A DNA stretch of 64,000 bases. Origin: Pocillopora damicornis (Eukaryota). The notes below the pieces were generated by a model, which was not told the DNA's origin, did not search any database, and saw only the letters and a program-made list of their open reading frames with translations. Each line of letters starts with the position of its first letter. Position 1 is the stretch's first letter. This document shows positions 1 to 13,800 of this stretch, in pieces. Location: positions 744,001 through 808,000 of the forward strand of contig NW_020843829.1 of the NCBI RefSeq assembly GCF_003704095.1, read 5' to 3'. A program made the position numbers and the translations under genes.

Positions 1-1448
1 CGAATTCATGTCGTCAAAGCAACCAATGAGGCATTCAATATCGTCATCAGCATCCACCTCTATAACCTAGATATTTGTGAAAAAGTCCAGGGAAATTCAA
101 ACAAACAGCCCTCTGCTCTACACGGAATGATGCTCAAAAACATGTTTCAGTGAAAAACGTTAAGGGCACAGGAAGAAAATGGGCTCTGATAAATATCTTT
201 TTTCCCCTTTAGTGATCAAGTTCCTTTAACGTTTTAACTATCAGTTGCTTTGTTTGCCGTTTTTCACATTTTTCACATTTACGCCATAGGAACTCGTTTA
301 CAGGCTATCAACCCTGTACCTCTATAAGGAGGCATCTTCACAGGCTACCCACTCCTGGTGAATGATGAAAAGCCCTAGAAAATTAATCCTCTTTTTCACT
401 CAATAAATTAAGACAATACCACAATAAATATTTCTTTATTCAAAATCGACGACATAATTAAATATTTTCTGTGATTCTATATTTACCATTCTTTTAATAT
501 AAACATCGTGTCTTTCTAATTGACCACGTAAAAATAAAATTCAACTGGTGAATTGACTCAACATCTTTTAGACTTAAAGATTTCTTTCCTCAAAGTGCCG
601 AGATAAGATTCCAACTGAACTTCAGAGAAACGCATATAAAATCTGCTCCATCTGTATTTCAGCATAGAATATGACGGTATCAGAAATTCGTTATCGTGAA
701 GTACACTTTATGTCGCCTTAAGGCTATCTTAATAAAAGCGATTCTCAACTGTCCCAAAACATCAGCAATGAGTTAAATTAACTTCGCTCGGTGACTGGCT
801 TGAAATAATCGCGATCGTTGATCTACCGATGAGACCAAATAACATCCAGGTCTTTTCCCCTTCGTCTGGAAACGCGCTTCCGTAGGTTTAAAATGACCGC
901 TGGCTGATGTATTCCTGAGTTGAGGCCTTCATGTTAGCACGTTCAATTGAAAACCGCTTTTAGTTATATTTCAAAAACACACAAAACAAATCATGCGATT
1001 CTAGGGCATGGTATCTTGCATATATCACTGAAAATAGTAACATTGGATAAAAAGCGAAAAATTGGTATCAAATTTGTAGTCAGCTAAGATCTAATCCTTT
1101 GAAATGAAGAATTATCCCCAATTTCAAATCTCGCAAAAAGGTAAGATCTTTCTCTACTGTAAAATAGAGCTTGAAATCTTCACGTGACGAACCAACAATG
1201 AGTCAACTCGATAAAAACGTTTCATCTGCCAAATTTTGCCAAAGCTCGATGAGTAAAGCCTACGTTAAATTCGGCAGTAAAATTAAGTTTCTTGATCGTA
1301 AAAGACTATGTATAACCAATGATTTTCTTCGCAAATGTAATTTCTGTGTGCAAAATTCAAATTTCAAATCAAAATAGAAAATATATTTCTTGAAAACCAC
1401 AAATTTGGGAACGATCCTTTGAGAACTTGAATGCACAAGTGCTTGCAT

Positions 1449-4400
1449 CTAGCTTAAATTACTACTAATAATTTTTTGATTCTTTGAATCTAAAGCCTGA
1501 ATTGTCTCTTTTACGCTCTGACAAGCCTGATTTTCTTTGTCCTGGTTGTCGATAAGTTCTCCGCAGGATTTCTCTTTGAGTTCACCCTGGTGAATTATTT
1601 CAGAAGAAAACACTACTTCTGGGCACAGTCTTTTTTCTTCACGTTTCTGCTTGTTGTGAAAGGGACTCCAGTCGCGAGGAAGAGAAGACGAACCCGAATA
1701 TTCCGCAACTTTTTTCTTGAACTGAATAGTATAACCGACTTCACGAACGGAACCCGACCAAACAGGCTGGGTTACATCCGAAACCGACCGACGACGCATA
1801 TTAGGCTTCTCGGACGCACGAAACACCTTCGACATTGATTTGTGTCGACGGAGCGAGTTAGTTTGATTTTCACTCTCTCCATCGTCTTTTTGAATGTCCT
1901 GGTCAGACCGTCCCATGATAGCTTCGAAAATTTGCGTTCTCTGGCGAACGTTTGCATATTCCCAGTCAACAGGCTGCTCCTTCTCCAATTCGAGGTTTTC
2001 TTTTTCTACAACCAAGTTCTCCTGGGCTTTGGTCAGAGCCTTGTCAACAGCCGTGTCACTCAGGACTTCCATTTTCTCTTCGCTACCTGCATCCGCCGCG
2101 CCATCTTCCGTAGTTTCGTCTGAGCAGGAACGAGGGACTATAACAACTTTCGGCGATTGCTCGCTACACTTCGCATCCTCTTCTTTAGAAGATTGCCTTT
2201 TGATCTTGTCCTCATCGTGTGCTACACGAATGATTCCTTCTAAATGCTGAGTCTGTTGCTTTACTTTCACAACACTTGAAGTATCCACGCCCAATTCGTT
2301 TTGCTCCTTTTCTTGTAACTGATCTTCGTCACCATCGTACTCAACCTTCAGATCACTTCCTTGGAAACCTTCTCCTCCACTGGTTTCAACCGTCGCAATC
2401 TCGTTGCCCGACAACTCCTGCTCTTGCTCTTCTTTGGGTTCCACCACTGGAATATGGAGTTTTTCCTCAATGTGCTGTTTTTGTCGCTTTACCAAACCAG
2501 CTGCAGTCGTGTGATCACCAGGCTCCTCGATTTGATACCGCAACTGATCTTCACTTTCAACTAATTGACTCTCAAGAGCAACGTCACCATCTCTCACTTC
2601 TTTCTCGACACCTTTGTCCAACTGTTGATCAAGAGGTTGTATTTTCCCCTCGATCAAAAGCGTATGGCGCTTGACTAAACCTTTCTTAGGAATGTTCTCT
2701 GTGTCCTGTTCACTCCTTTTGTCTTCTGTAGCCTCGAACATGTCGGATAATTTTCTTCCTTCAACTGCTGGTTCCACACCGATAGTTGCATCGTGTGCAA
2801 CTCCCAGGTCTGGCTGATCTCGATCTTTGTCCACGTCACCTTCCCATTGCGACACTTCCTTGTCTTTGGTGATTTCACTTTCTCTTCCGGGTTCTTTCAC
2901 GCCTTCTTGACCCAGCTCTTGCTCCAATGGCTGAAGCTTCCCTTCTATCAACAGCGTATGTCGTTTCACCAGACCCTTAGCGGGTATATCTGTTGTAACC
3001 TCATCACTCCGTGTATCTTTACTCTCCTTTGATGATTCCGAAATTTCTGCTTTTACTGGGCTCATCTGATCTGTTGACTCGACGCTCGGACTCAAAGTAC
3101 TCCCGACGCACATCTCTTCCGGTGATGTATCACAAACTTCACTTTTTATCAACTCTTTTTCCATTTCTCTGTCGTCTGAGCCTGCACTTTCCTTTTCCTC
3201 TTGAGAATCGCGTTCCTTCTCTGACTCGTGCTCGGGTTGCTGCAGTTTCCCCTCAATCAGAAGTGTGTGCCGTTTCACAAGACCTCTCTGCAACACATTT
3301 TCGACATCTTCTCCCCCATCCGTGTCACTGACTGATGTTTCAGCTACATTCGTGATTTTCGAGTCACTCTTGAAAGCTACAAGTTGCCTGGGCTCGGTAG
3401 ATGTTCCTGTAACACTGGAACTTTTACACAGCAGTTCCTGTTTGTCTTTCATTGTGTTACTCTCAACGATGCCCGTATCACTGATTTCCTCAGATGGTGC
3501 ATCATCGAACACAGAGCTGTCGGTGCTAGCGTCCAAAGGTTCGTTTTCGACACTATTCAGTGCCTCTTTCATTTGTTCCCCTGCTTGCTGAACAAACACT
3601 CTTAGCTCTTGTTCTTTCTTTGCGGCTGAAATTCTCCGAGCAGACACGGTCTTTTTCATATCCTCGTTCACCTTCTGAACCAGTGCCTCTACGTTAACAC
3701 CATGGACGCGCCTGCACTCCTCCCCTTCTTGAAATTGCAATGAAGACGAATCATTGTCCGCAACTGAGACTCCTTCCATTTCGTTTCCTTCATGATTAAC
3801 ACTTTTTGCTTCCTCACTTCCGCCACGCTGGAGTAACGCTCGTCTCGTTAAACTCTCTCGATGTTTCAATTCAAAACCCTCTTTATGTTTTCGAACTACA
3901 CCGGGTTCAGGTTCTTCGCTTTGGATAGTTTGCTCCTCTGCATCTTCTGTGATTTTATCACTTTCTTCTACTGCCTTTGAAAGTTCAACAGCGGATTCTT
4001 CTTGCGCCGCAGAGCCGGTATCATCAGACAACGTCACAGATGGCACAAAAGGGACGCCTTCTTCAAATTTTCTCGAATGGCGTTTCACAAAACCGCTTTC
4101 AACTACACCATCTAAATCCCTTGGCAAGCTTCCGTGTGGTTTGTTTCCCAGAGAACTAAGATCTCCAATGCATTCCTTATTCTTACTTTCCTCCAAGTTG
4201 AGAATTTCCCTCTTTTTACGCTCGAATCCTTTTAAATTCTCGTCGCTGGCGGACTTAGCTTTCGCGTCATTCTGAAGAAGTTGCAATTTTCTGGGACCAC
4301 GCTCTCGTAAGGAGCACGATCTACGAAATTTTCCTGTAGACTCGCTGTCTGACTCCTGTCCCTTGTGGTCACCATTTGTTAAAGAAGGTACTGAACTTAC

Positions 4401-4842
4401 TCGCTGTAACGAACTCTTCTGAACAATTTCCGAAACTTTCAAACTTCCTCGCACAGAATTTGTCCCCGAAGGTTCTTCTTCCCCGGAATCAACCATCAAA
4501 TTTGAGCCCAAGGCGGTTGATGGACTAGGCGCGGGCACAATATCCACATCGCTACCCTCCTGCGTGGCGCCTTCGGACGTTAAAACATTATCAGCATTCA
4601 CCATAGTAGCCTCAGCAACGCTAGCTATTTTCTCGAAAGGTAATGCTCCCTCTTTTAAGTTTGAATCGCTTTCACATTCCTCTGAAAAATTGTTCTGAGT
4701 GACCGTAACTTCTTGTTGGACAGAAACATTCGATTGTTCCTCCTTTTTCCGTTTCTGTACAGCTCCTACGGCACTCTTGGACAGCTCCTCTGCATCTGAT
4801 GAGAATGAATCATGTCTGAAAATTTTGTTGTAGCGATGTTTG
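1449..4842 (-). CDS. SSH: Slingshot terminal exon: ~1130-aa acidic, likely disordered C-terminal tail
   Basis: Long ORF 1449-4868 with a splice acceptor at 4843-4844, in frame with the preceding DSP exon (..GILNSS-KHRYNKIF); E/S/K-rich with repeated GLVKRHTLLIEGK motifs. Confidence 0.9.
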
Positions 4843-7800
4843 CTGAGGGAGAAAAAAATATTGCACATTTAAAAATATGTATCTACAGTCGTGATATCAA
4901 GTCATCATATCTGCCACAAAAGACCTGAAGAATTATAATAGAAGGGCATACTACAATTCGGGCACCTTTCTTTTACCAAGGAGCAAAAAGGCAGTGATAT
5001 TCCTATCGTTTGATTAAACACGAAATTCTCAGAACTAACATAAAAAGAAAGTTATGGGTAGCGGAAAGGAAAATTAATACTGAGATACTGGCGGTGAAAG
5101 AGTACAGGAAAGTTAAAATGAAGTTTGAAAGCCTCTTAAAGCCTCCGCATAACAAAAATAATTTTCACTACCCTGTCTACTGCGCAAGAGGAGAGTTACC
5201 TCGAATTTAAAATTCCCTCGTAAGTGATAAGCTGCTTCCAAAATCCCGCATTCGGTTGAACAACATTTCTTCGCGCCTTGACGTACTTCATAGTGTCACC
5301 TAAAGACCAACCATATTCTTTCATGCCGTAAGCGATAACCTGAGAAACAAAAATACAGACAGCTAAATCAATATTACGTCGGCTGGTCAGCTGGTCGTGA
5401 CACTCGGTCTCTCCCGAAGTAGATTGTCGGTAGCTCGGTCAAACGTTTGGTTGGTTGATTAATGACTCAGTGTCAAGTTAGTGCCTGCTCTGCCTGTCTG
5501 TCAGTCTGTCTGTCCGCCCGTCAATCAACCAGTCAGTCAGTCTGTCTGTCAGTCATTCAATCAGACAGTCAGTCAGCCAATCATTCAGTCAGTCAATCAG
5601 TCTGTCCGTCAGTCATTCAATCACTCAGTCAGCCAATCAGTCACTAAGTCATTCAGTCAATCTGTCAGTAATTCAGTTAGTCATTTAGTCAGTCAGCCAG
5701 TCAGTCAGTTAGATAGTCAGTCTGTCAGCTAGTCAATCAATCAGTCTGTCTGTCAGTCAGTCAGTTGGTCACTCAATCAGTTAGTCAGACAGTTAGTCAG
5801 TCATTCAGTCGGTGGGTCAGTCAGTCAGTCTGTCTGTCACTCGCTCAACCAGTAAGTCAGTCTGTCATTCAATAACAGCGTCGACCAATCAGTCATAAAT
5901 AAAGCAGGAAAGTAGAGACGCCGAAGCCTCGACGGAAAAGAAAATAAAGGGAATAGTAAACATGCCAAAAGTCTATCTTGTTTAAATTGCAAGCAGTCCC
6001 TTGAATACAAAGAGACAAACCTCGGACTTAACTCAGCATTCGATACAACATCTTTACAAAAAAACATGAAGCTTACGGTTGATGCTGATCTGCTTATTCC
6101 CATTCTACAATGCACAAGAACTTTCGAACCTGCATTTCTGAAAACCAAGCATGAAAAGAGAAAAGAAAGAAAAATCAATTACATGTCAGGAGCACATTTC
6201 CGCGTTTGACTACAACTGGTGTTTGATGCACCTCGAAAAAAAACCAATTTGTCTTTTCGCGCATAGTGAAAACTTCATAATCTTTATATTTTAACTTAAG
6301 CTACAATCTACCACACTCTTAATGTATCGCCGCTCTCTGATACTAGGTACACGTTTTTCCCACGCTTACGCACACTGTTTTGATGGCAGGCTGAACCAAG
6401 AATCCCGTTAACGTTTACTTGAAATTGTTTTTCCAGTGCATATGCTCGGCTCTCTAACTGACCAAGTAATTCTCCTTACTATCTGCCATACAATCCTTAT
6501 TGTATCAGTTTGGGGAATTTAGTATTGGATCAACCACTAATTCTTAATTTAATATTTTTCTTTATTCTCATCACTTATCTGCTTTATATTGTATTGATAA
6601 CGTAAGGAGAAATTAGATGTCTTGGCAACTCATGGGAGCTCTAGGGTTAACATCACCCGGCAGGAGTCACTTGTAAACAGGCACTGGAATCATTACTTAC
6701 TTGGCCTTCTGTATGAACTTGTAAGTGTAATCCCAATGATGAAGTAATTCGGTGTCGTCCAAATCGTAAACTCTGAAATGATGAGAAAAGAGGAGAAAAA
6801 TCAATAACAAAAAAAAGTAACGGAGAGGAGTCTCACTTCACTTCTTATTTAATTTTCACTGCTGAAGCAAATTCATTACAAAATGTACGCGTTTCCTCAA
6901 TATAAACCTGGTAAGGTGAGGACAATTTTTGTTCATCTCATCTATTCATTTATTTACCAAGGTTTCAATAATTTTCCATGGTCGCAGTGTAAAGTTTTTC
7001 AGTAGATTGTTATCGTTTTCTATTTGACATTCCTGTAATTGTGAGAATAACTATCGTTCTCACAGAGTTGCAGGACAACAGTACATCATACTGATTAAGA
7101 GTGCATTCAGCAAATTGACAGACTTAAAACTGGTGACACACACCTGATGTTATGATAATGGAATGTCCCCGGAAAAAAGTTATCAATCTCTCTTGTGATG
7201 TTCAAGATGTATCCAATTCTGCAAAATCGAAAATATTTTCAACGAGTTACAAACAAAACTATCACAACGAGTGCATGGTTCTTGCGTTTGTCATATCTCA
7301 CACTAGCAACCACGGGTCACTCATGAAAATTTGTAGTGTTTTTTTATCAATTCATTGTAATTTTTTGCCTTGGAACTTCATCAACAATTATATGCACTGT
7401 GCTTAATTGTATGGGTAAAATGCTGGTCATGAACCTTTGACTCCAAAGATTGAGAGCTGGCTAAATTCTCCCCTTAATTAGAATGCAAAGTCAAAATAAA
7501 CAGGTAAAATATAAAAAGAGAAATATCAGCTGTTTCCATAAATCATAAAAGCTTCAGAAATAGGCAAAGAACATGTGTGATTATCAGTTGGCAGAGTCAA
7601 GGGAGCTGGAAGAGGAATACTAGCCCCCCTCGCGCCCCCCCCCCCTTCCCCCCCAAAAAAACAAAAACAAAAACAAAAAAAAATCTTAGAGAGGCTCAAT
7701 CCTCCCTTTGTTCTGAAACAGAAAGTATCTCTAGGGTGGTATAAACATTTCATGGCTTAATCTCCAGTCTCATGATCTTTTCATAAATTGTTCCACAAAG

Positions 7801-10800
7801 ATTGCAATTGGCAAACAATAACCTCCTTGTGCATCGTTTCAATTAGTTTTTTTCATTTATTGGGCAGTACTAAGATTGCAAAGAGGTTTGCATGTGCCAA
7901 CCAGATCCAGATAAGCAAATGATATTTTGGGAAATTCAAGAAACGACATGCACTCGGTTCGGGGTAAGAAAATCATACCTTCGCCTTGCATTTAAAAACG
8001 ATGCACCCCCTTCAAATTACTTACCCATTTTCTTTAAGTTCTTCCAAGTTTGAAGCATTCCACTCAGAGCCCTACACAAAAAGAAAGGTGTTATGGTGAC
8101 AGATATCTTCACTTTCATCAATCACCAAAAGAAATAAGGATCTGGTATTTACTTACCAGGTAAACATGATCAAATATTTTGGATGCAGAGTCCATTTGTC
8201 CTAAAATGGTTATCATTTCTTCATCAATAAAAGATCTGTACTCCTTGAGTTCCATTTGTGTTTCCTCTTCAAGTATATTTCTTATCTTTAAAGATTGAGA
8301 CACAAATGAAGAAATACATCACCAACAAGAACCTTGACATACATAAATATCATAAACTGAAATAATAACTCAACAGCAATGACAAATGGGCCATGTTGTT
8401 CAAAATGTGGGTAATTCACCCTTTTAGCTGCTACTTGTTGACACCAAAAGGCCTCAAATTGAGACTAGCAACTTTTTTAACTGTCAAGTACAAAAGGCAG
8501 TGTTTACTGAAAGAGTGTACTTGATCAAGACAGGGTACTTTGTCACAGGAAAAAACAAAGTTGCTTCATAAGTTTTAATCAAAATAGTTGCACAATTGGT
8601 ACTCAAAGATAAGTGTACTTTTCTTAACCACACAGCACTTCATATGAGCACTTGTCACTACACGTACTTTGTCAAAAGTGACCTCTCATTCTCTCATCTA
8701 TAAAATAAGCAAAAGGGAAGGGAGGCACTTGAAGAAAATTTTGGCAGATAGAGCAACATTTTTATTTCAGAAATCAAAGTTGTTGGTTCCCTCTGTACCT
8801 GTCTACAAGTGACTTCCTCAAGGTCAACTCTTGTCATAACCTTTAATGATAAAAAGAATAATAGTGAGATAACTGAAGACCAGTATTTTAACCCTTTAAC
8901 TCCCAAGATCTCATTAGTAATTCTCCTTACTGTCTGCCATACAGTTCTTGTAATGTTTGTTTGGAGAATTTGGTATTGGATCAACTTATATTCCCTTAAT
9001 TTATATTTTTCTTTATTCTCATCACTTGTCTGCTTGATATTGTATTAATATTATGAGGAGAAATTCTGTCTTGGTCACTTGTGGGAGTTAAAGAGTTAAC
9101 AGAAACAGGCAAATTTTATAAAAAACAGAACACATATTTAAATATGTTGTGTGTGACAGTACCAACCTCCTTCAGCTTGTGGCGAATAAGTTTCATAACA
9201 AGTTCCTTTTCTGTGCTGCAATTTTAATACAAAATTATTAGACTATTCAAAATATGCCTTTATGACACCACAACATGTCACAAATATATTGAACTACTGT
9301 ACATACGTTGTGCCAATTGGTGAATCTGGACGTTTTGATTCAAGTTCATCCATTTGCTGCCTATAACACAAGATTAGAATAAGTATGTAAGGTATAAATC
9401 AACTTCCTTTTTTTTTTTCTTTTTCAGAAAATATACTGCTTTTAAGTTGTTTTTCTCTTGATATGGAATGGGAGATTAGGGTGTAGAGTGAGTAAGATAT
9501 ATATGTTATTTGCCGGCTGGGAGGTCCGTATGGTGAAAAACTGTGNNNNNNNNNNNNNNNNNNNNNNNNNNNNNNNNNNNNNNNNNNNNNNNNNNNNNNN
9601 NNNNNNNNNNNNNNNNNNNNNNNNNNNNNNNNNNNNNNNNNNNNNACCAATCAGATTGCAAGATTCGTTACCGTGCCCTCTAAAAAAACAATAAAAAATA
9701 ATTATGGAAAAGTGTGTCATGCTGGAGAAGAAAAACAAACATTTTTGCAGTCTAGACTCAAATAAGAATCATACTTTTGCTTTCCCTTTACCCTGACAGG
9801 ATGCTACAAAAACAAATTAATTGCAAGAAGGAAGTTGGAAAACAATAAAGAGAGACTTTTGAGTCAGCATTGTAGAGCCTAAAAAAATGTCACAACAGCC
9901 TAAGAGAAGAGCAAAATGTCCCCCAGGCCAATACAGATATAAATTAAAATGCATGTAAAACTGCCTCCAGTAACACTGCCTAGCTCAAGTAACAAATGGC
10001 TATTTAGGTGTTACACCCTAACATCAGTATGCATATACTCCTTAAAGTTCTCCATACATTTCCTGGGTAAATGACAAGGAGAATTTGTATACCAACCAGG
10101 AGCAATCATTTTTTTTTATTCTCATGACCTTAATGTTTAACTCAATAGTGACAATTTAAGGAGAAATTAATTGCCTGTCACTCTCATAGGTGAAAGAATT
10201 AGGCTTGTCACTAAAAGAAAAAGGATCTTTACCAGACTGGACTATCACATAGACATCATGTTTGACTTGGAAGAAGAAGTTAGGATCAATGTCAGTATCT
10301 GAGCAACTGTGCACCTACCTACCCCTTCCCTTACCCAACAGTAACCCTAACTTGTTATCAAGTGACTGTTGCAGGGCTAGGGGAGGGGTAGATGGGCAGT
10401 TGCTGAGATGCTGACATTGATCCAAAAGCTAAACTCAGTCTAACTTCAAACTTACCATTCATTAATACACACTCTGTCTGATGATATCTTTCTGTAGTAA
10501 TAATCAACCCAGGCATGAGATGTACAGTTAGTGTAATAGTAATTGTGCTTCCTAGCATTGTCACTGCACTTGTGGATCCACTGCAGGGCTGTCCTGGAAA
10601 ATTACAGAAAATAACACTCACTGAAAACTGGTCTAAAAAAAAAAGGTAGGAGCTCATGAAGAAGAATAGCTGGAGTATAATGAGTTGATCAATGAAAAAG
10701 CTTCATCATTTACCCACACAACCCCCTGGCATTTGAACTTTTGAAGATTGGTTTATTCAAATTCCCGCCCCCTCAGGCAAGAATTGTGTTCAAATGCTGC

Positions 10801-13800
10801 ACCCAGCTTTTTTTCGTAAAAGGCAAAATCAGCGATGGTGACTTTCTACACATTGATCAAACTTTAAAACCTAGACCTTCTGGACTATTTCTTCTGAGCC
10901 ATTTGCTTGCAAAACTGAATTAGTCACCTTCAACACCTCCATAATTACATATATAACAATTGTATTCTGCAACAAAGACTTGACACTTCCAGTTCAAATT
11001 CCCCACCCCAGCCAGGCAAGGTTCAAATTACCCACCCCCTAGGTGCGGATGATGGTCCAACTGCCATGGTTTGCCCATAAGCTGGGGGGGAAGGTGAATC
11101 TTTGACTTAATCCACCTATAACTACACTGTAGTTATAAGTTGCTCTCAGAAGAGAAATGTGTTCTACACTATTATATGATAAATTATACATGCATTTTGA
11201 TGGTTCTTACTTATGATCTGTTGAAGAACAGACATATAGATGACATTATCATTATCAACATGACAAATTTACCAACTTACCACATGGTTTGCACAGAAAT
11301 GGGCTTGAAAATGAATGTCTTCTCTGCTGATGTCATTTTAAACCCACTAACAAATTGAAACCAAAAGTATGTCAATTTAGTCTTAAAATTACATGTACAT
11401 GGCTATTAATATTTTAAAACATGTACACTGTTTATACCAAATGTTCTCCTACAGCAGATGTAAGGGCAAAACACAGCCATACTACCCCTTGCAAAGAGTT
11501 TCTTTTATAAGAGCATGAAACTTGTACTCTTAGGTTTCTAAGTCAAAAGACAACATGTGAGGGCATGGGCATGTAAGTGTACTCTTTTGGCAGTTAAACC
11601 AGGTCAAGCCTACCCTTAAATCTTTGCAGTTATTGAAAATTTGAATATATTGGAAGCAATAGACTGAAATAAACACAATGATGGCAAACCCGAAGTAAAT
11701 CAAGCCTGCTTTGATAAAATTTTGACTTAAAAGAAAGTGCCCATCATATGTGCAACAATAGTTAATATTCCTTTTGATACCAGAAGAGATATATGTGGTG
11801 TAATAAAGTAATAAATAATTTTGGAAACATTTAGCCCTATGGAATGATAAGGACTTCGATTATTTTATAGTTTGACTGCCATGTAGAGAAAGAAAAAGAA
11901 TGGGCAACAGTAATTGCTGCTTGAATGCTTCTTCCACTTACCCATCACCATCTAACTTTATGACTGTATCTCTGTAGAGAGGAACAACCAAACCAATGGT
12001 GGCACTAGGAAAAACAAATTAGATAATTTACATAACCATTTAACTCCTAGAAGTGATTAAAATGTAACTTCTCCTTACAATATCCATACATAATTAAGCA
12101 AACAGGTAATGAGAATACTCAAACTTAGACAAGTAGGAGTTGTTATCTTGATCTACATGTATCATCAAATTCTCGTAACTGATTTACAAAGGAATGAGTA
12201 GAAGCCAGAGGGGAGAATTTACAACCACATCTTCACAGTTAAAGGGTTATTACCAAAGTGAATTTAGTACACTTTCAATCAGGGCAGAGATATGTGAACT
12301 GCTGCAATTAATCAAAAGGGCAGTAACATGTATTTTCATAAGAACTTTAAAAGGTTTTTCATGTCCCAGCTGGACATAAATGCAAATTTTTCTTGTAATG
12401 CAGCATTTCCTCTTAAGCAATAACATAGCAGGTGTACCATTTAGACAAATCAGATCCTTGAGTTTTGACACTTTCAGTAAGTAATGCCTTTATACGGGCC
12501 CAAGTGGCCCATGGGGCTGGTGCTTAACTCCAGTTTTCTTAGCATGAAGCAGCTAGGAGTATTGCTACTCCCCCCTGGATGGGATGCTAGTCCATTGCAG
12601 GGTTACCCCCAGCACATTTGCTGGTACCCATTTGTACACCTGGGTGAAGAGAAGCACTGTGAGAGTAAAGTGTGTTGCCTAAGAAACAACACAATGACCC
12701 TGGCCAGGGCTTGAACCTGGACCACCCGATCCGGAGTTCTTACAGCATAGTCTTACAGCATAGTCAGTACTCACAACTATTTCTACTGAGGGAAGAGGAG
12801 GCAGTGCTTTTCTCTGACTTTCTTTCAATTCTACCTTATCCAAAATCAGAGAACCTCATGGCTCCAACTGACTGATACAAAACCAAGTCAAACCAGAAGC
12901 CAACCTCTAAATGTACCTCTGCCTTCTTTCGTGAAGTCTTTCAAGTGGAACGAAGAGTTCAATTTCCCAGGATTTTATTTTTATGCTAAATGATGCATGT
13001 TGAGGGCATGAACAAAAACAGCACTTTTGACTGCATGCAATTTGAGTTATGAATGTATGTGAGGAGTCCAGAGAGCATGACAAAAGTGTAAGAGGTACTT
13101 GAGGCACAGCTAAGAGCAACTCTAGCTTTTTCAGTGCTGTCTAAACTTCCCATGTAAGTAGAAATAGGAGAAATAGTAAGTTTTGAGCTTGGTAAAGAAA
13201 TAGAGAAAGATGTTTTCGTCTGTCATGAGTGTGGGACATAGAAAAAATTCTGAGTCCCCATGAGGAATCTATCTACAAAAAAACCTGCTATTGACATTGC
13301 TGATCCTAGCAGTAAGCAGGACATATGTCACATGAACTTCATAATAGCCCTCGCTCACTGTGGAGTCTCTGAGGCTCAGTGGTAGAGCATCGGAAGATGG
13401 AATGCAAAGGTCTGAAGTTCAATTCCTTGTGGGGACTCTGAATCTTTTCTTTGTCCCACACTTGTGACAAGACGAAAACATCTTTATCTATTCCCAAGTA
13501 AGATTTGAAACCTCAAAGCATTCATGCACATCGAGATAAACAACATACTGGCTCATTAACAATTAAGCAGGACCTAAGTGCATCATGTTTTACTTATATT
13601 TACTTGTCAGTCCAATCCACTCCCACGATAATACTCTGCTCTTCTTCATCTGGACCAAATGCTGACACAATTGTTAAATAGCGAATTCTGTTTGGATACT
13701 GGCACTCCAGTTTGATAACCTGGTCACAGAAATAAAACGAAAATATCGAACAACTTAACTTTACTGTAACTGAGAATATAAAGAAAGATCTTCTTGTCAT

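Noticed and set aside
5462-5732. ORFs with SQSV repeats
   Set aside because: Translation of a (CAGT)n microsatellite inside an SSH intron.
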